The notes below the pieces were generated by a model. It was not told the origin of the DNA, made no database searches, and saw nothing but the letters and a program-made list of their open reading frames with translations. DNA of 64,000 bases from Thermodesulfobacteriota bacterium (GTDB lineage Bacteria; Desulfobacterota_D; UBA1144; Nemesobacterales; UBA2774), in assembly GCA_965216785.1 (NCBI GenBank), contig OZ244197.1:128001-192000 (forward strand), written 5' to 3'. The first letter of the stretch is position 1, and the number at the start of each line of letters is the position of its first letter. A program made the position numbers and the translations under genes. This document shows, one piece after another, positions 62,676-64,000 of this stretch.

Positions 62676-63815
62676 TTATTTTGAGATTATAGCCAGGTCG
62701 TCACGGTGAATGACCTCGTCGCTGTATTTATATCCGAGTACGCTCTCGATCTGAGACGTTTTTAAACCCGCTATCTTTTTAATATCACCGGAGCCGTAAG
62801 AGGTGAGACCCCTTGCTACCTCGGAGCCCGATTCATCGACACAGGATACAGCCTCGCCCACGCCGAAATCTCCTTTAACGCTCTTAATACCGGAGGGGAG
62901 CAAACTTTTACCGGAGGAGGTCAGCGCATTAACGGCGCCTTTATCAATTACCAGCTTGCCTGCGGGTTTGAGTGTAAAGGCTATCCAGTGTTTTCTGCCC
63001 TTTAGACTATTCCCGGAAGGCAATATAAGGGTCCCCGCATCTCCGCCCTCAAATACTCTTGAAAGCTCGCCCTTACATCTGCCGCTGGCTATTACCGTGG
63101 GGACCCCGAAAGCGGCCGCTTTGGCCGCAGCCTCGATCTTTGTCTTCATACCCCCGGCAGTAGTGGTTCCTTGCGTGTCGCCCGCGTTTTTCATTATTTC
63201 CTCGCTTATTTCATCGATGGTTGAGATAAGCTCAGCGCCTTCGTTATGCCTCGGATCCTTGTCGTAAAGGCCCTCAATGTCGGTAAGCATAACCAGGAGA
63301 TCCGCCTCTATGAGAGTAGTTATGGAGGCTGCCAGGTTGTCGTTGTCGCCAATCATAATTTCCTCTATCGCAACCGTATCGTTTTCATTAACAATGGGAA
63401 CAACTCCTATCTCAAGGAGTGTTAGCACCGTTTTACGGGCGTTTAAGAATCTTTTTCTGTCAGAGAGCCCGGCATGGGTTACCAGAATCTGAGCTACATT
63501 TATGTCGTATCTGGAAAAAGCCTGCTCATACTGTCCTATGAGAGTGTTCTGGCCGCAAGCTGCAATAGCCTGCTTCATGGAAATCTCTTCCGGTTTATTC
63601 TTAAGCTTGAGCTTTCTCATACCAAGCGCAATCGCGCCAGAAGAGACTATGACAACTTCAATATTCTTAGAGCGGAGTTTGTGCACTTCCCGGGCAATCT
63701 CATCGAATATTTCTAAAGACAGAGTGCCGTCGCTCTGCGCAAGCACACTGCTTCCTACTTTAATTACAGCTTTTTTCACTTTTGAAATGATAGATTTTCT
63801 CACGATTTCACTCAC
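62676..63815 (-). CDS. proB: Glutamate 5-kinase
   Basis: VIKVGSS, VSSGA, NEND, GDND, GGMKTK and PUA domain. Confidence 0.97.
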   Translation of the reverse strand: MSEIVRKSIISKVKKAVIKVGSSVLAQSDGTLSLEIFDEIAREVHKLRSKNIEVVIVSSGAIALGMRKLKLKNKPEEISMKQAIAACGQNTLIGQYEQAFSRYDINVAQILVTHAGLSDRKRFLNARKTVLTLLEIGVVPIVNENDTVAIEEIMIGDNDNLAASITTLIEADLLVMLTDIEGLYDKDPRHNEGAELISTIDEISEEIMKNAGDTQGTTTAGGMKTKIEAAAKAAAFGVPTVIASGRCKGELSRVFEGGDAGTLILPSGNSLKGRKHWIAFTLKPAGKLVIDKGAVNALTSSGKSLLPSGIKSVKGDFGVGEAVSCVDESGSEVARGLTSYGSGDIKKIAGLKTSQIESVLGYKYSDEVIHRDDLAIISK

Positions 63816-63866
63816 ATAATTAAACAGATTCTACATTTTACCTGAAAGTAGCGAAGGCGCGCATCC

Positions 63867-63895
63867 TTGACAACTAATATCGGGCTTGATATCTT
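63867..63895 (+). promoter_or_regulatory. Sigma70 promoter of tRNA-Gly
   Basis: TTGACA-N17-TATCTT, 14 nt upstream of the tRNA. Confidence 0.7.
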
Positions 63896-63909
63896 TTATG
63901 CACCGTTCA

Positions 63910-63986
63910 GCGGGAATAGCTCAGCTGGCTAGAGCGTCTCCTTGCCAAGGAGAAGGTCGCGGGTTCGAATCCCGTTTCCCGCTCCA
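63910..63986 (+). tRNA. tRNA-Gly(GCC)
   Basis: Acceptor GCGGGAA/TTCCCGC, anticodon arm TCTCC-TTGCCAA-GGAGA, T-loop GTTCGAATC, encoded CCA. Confidence 0.98.
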
Positions 63987-64000
63987 CATTTTTCCACTCA

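Noticed and set aside
63910-64000. tRNA-anchored genomic island
   Set aside because: No integrase or tRNA 3' duplicate noticed in the window; downstream sequence lies outside it.

Overview
Gene-dense bacterial chromosomal window, mostly housekeeping, with no integrase, transposase, prophage or CRISPR. Gene content and protein style suggest a deltaproteobacteria-like aerobe, possibly Candidatus Dadabacteria; this is inference only. Main blocks: a caa3-type (type A2) cytochrome c oxidase operon with Sco and heme A/O synthases (1.9-8.1 kb); mreBCD-mrdA-rodA; trxB; metY-metX; a P450; crcB; rpiB-asd-dapA; rnhB; an alternative complex III operon actABCDEF (41.4-48.8 kb) followed by an unannotated 47-aa membrane ORF; bioD; tpx; csp; copA; an alanine symporter; a RavA/MoxR-like AAA+ and vWA pair; mltG; proB; and tRNA-Gly(GCC). 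Best candidate for a new system: the AAA+ gene ends in an A11-G run carrying an in-frame A_AAA_AAG slippery heptamer. The -1 frame opens exactly at that run and continues through an acidic linker into the vWA domain. This would give both a free AAA+ subunit and a ~704-aa AAA-linker-vWA fusion from one locus (ChlI/ChlD-like recoding), unless it is a homopolymer sequencing error. Other notable items: a 65-bp duplication of the rnhB 3' end flanking a secreted repeat-domain gene, a 4x47-bp tandem repeat upstream of the ACIII operon, a long hairpin with two identical internal loops, and an orphan GldC homolog.
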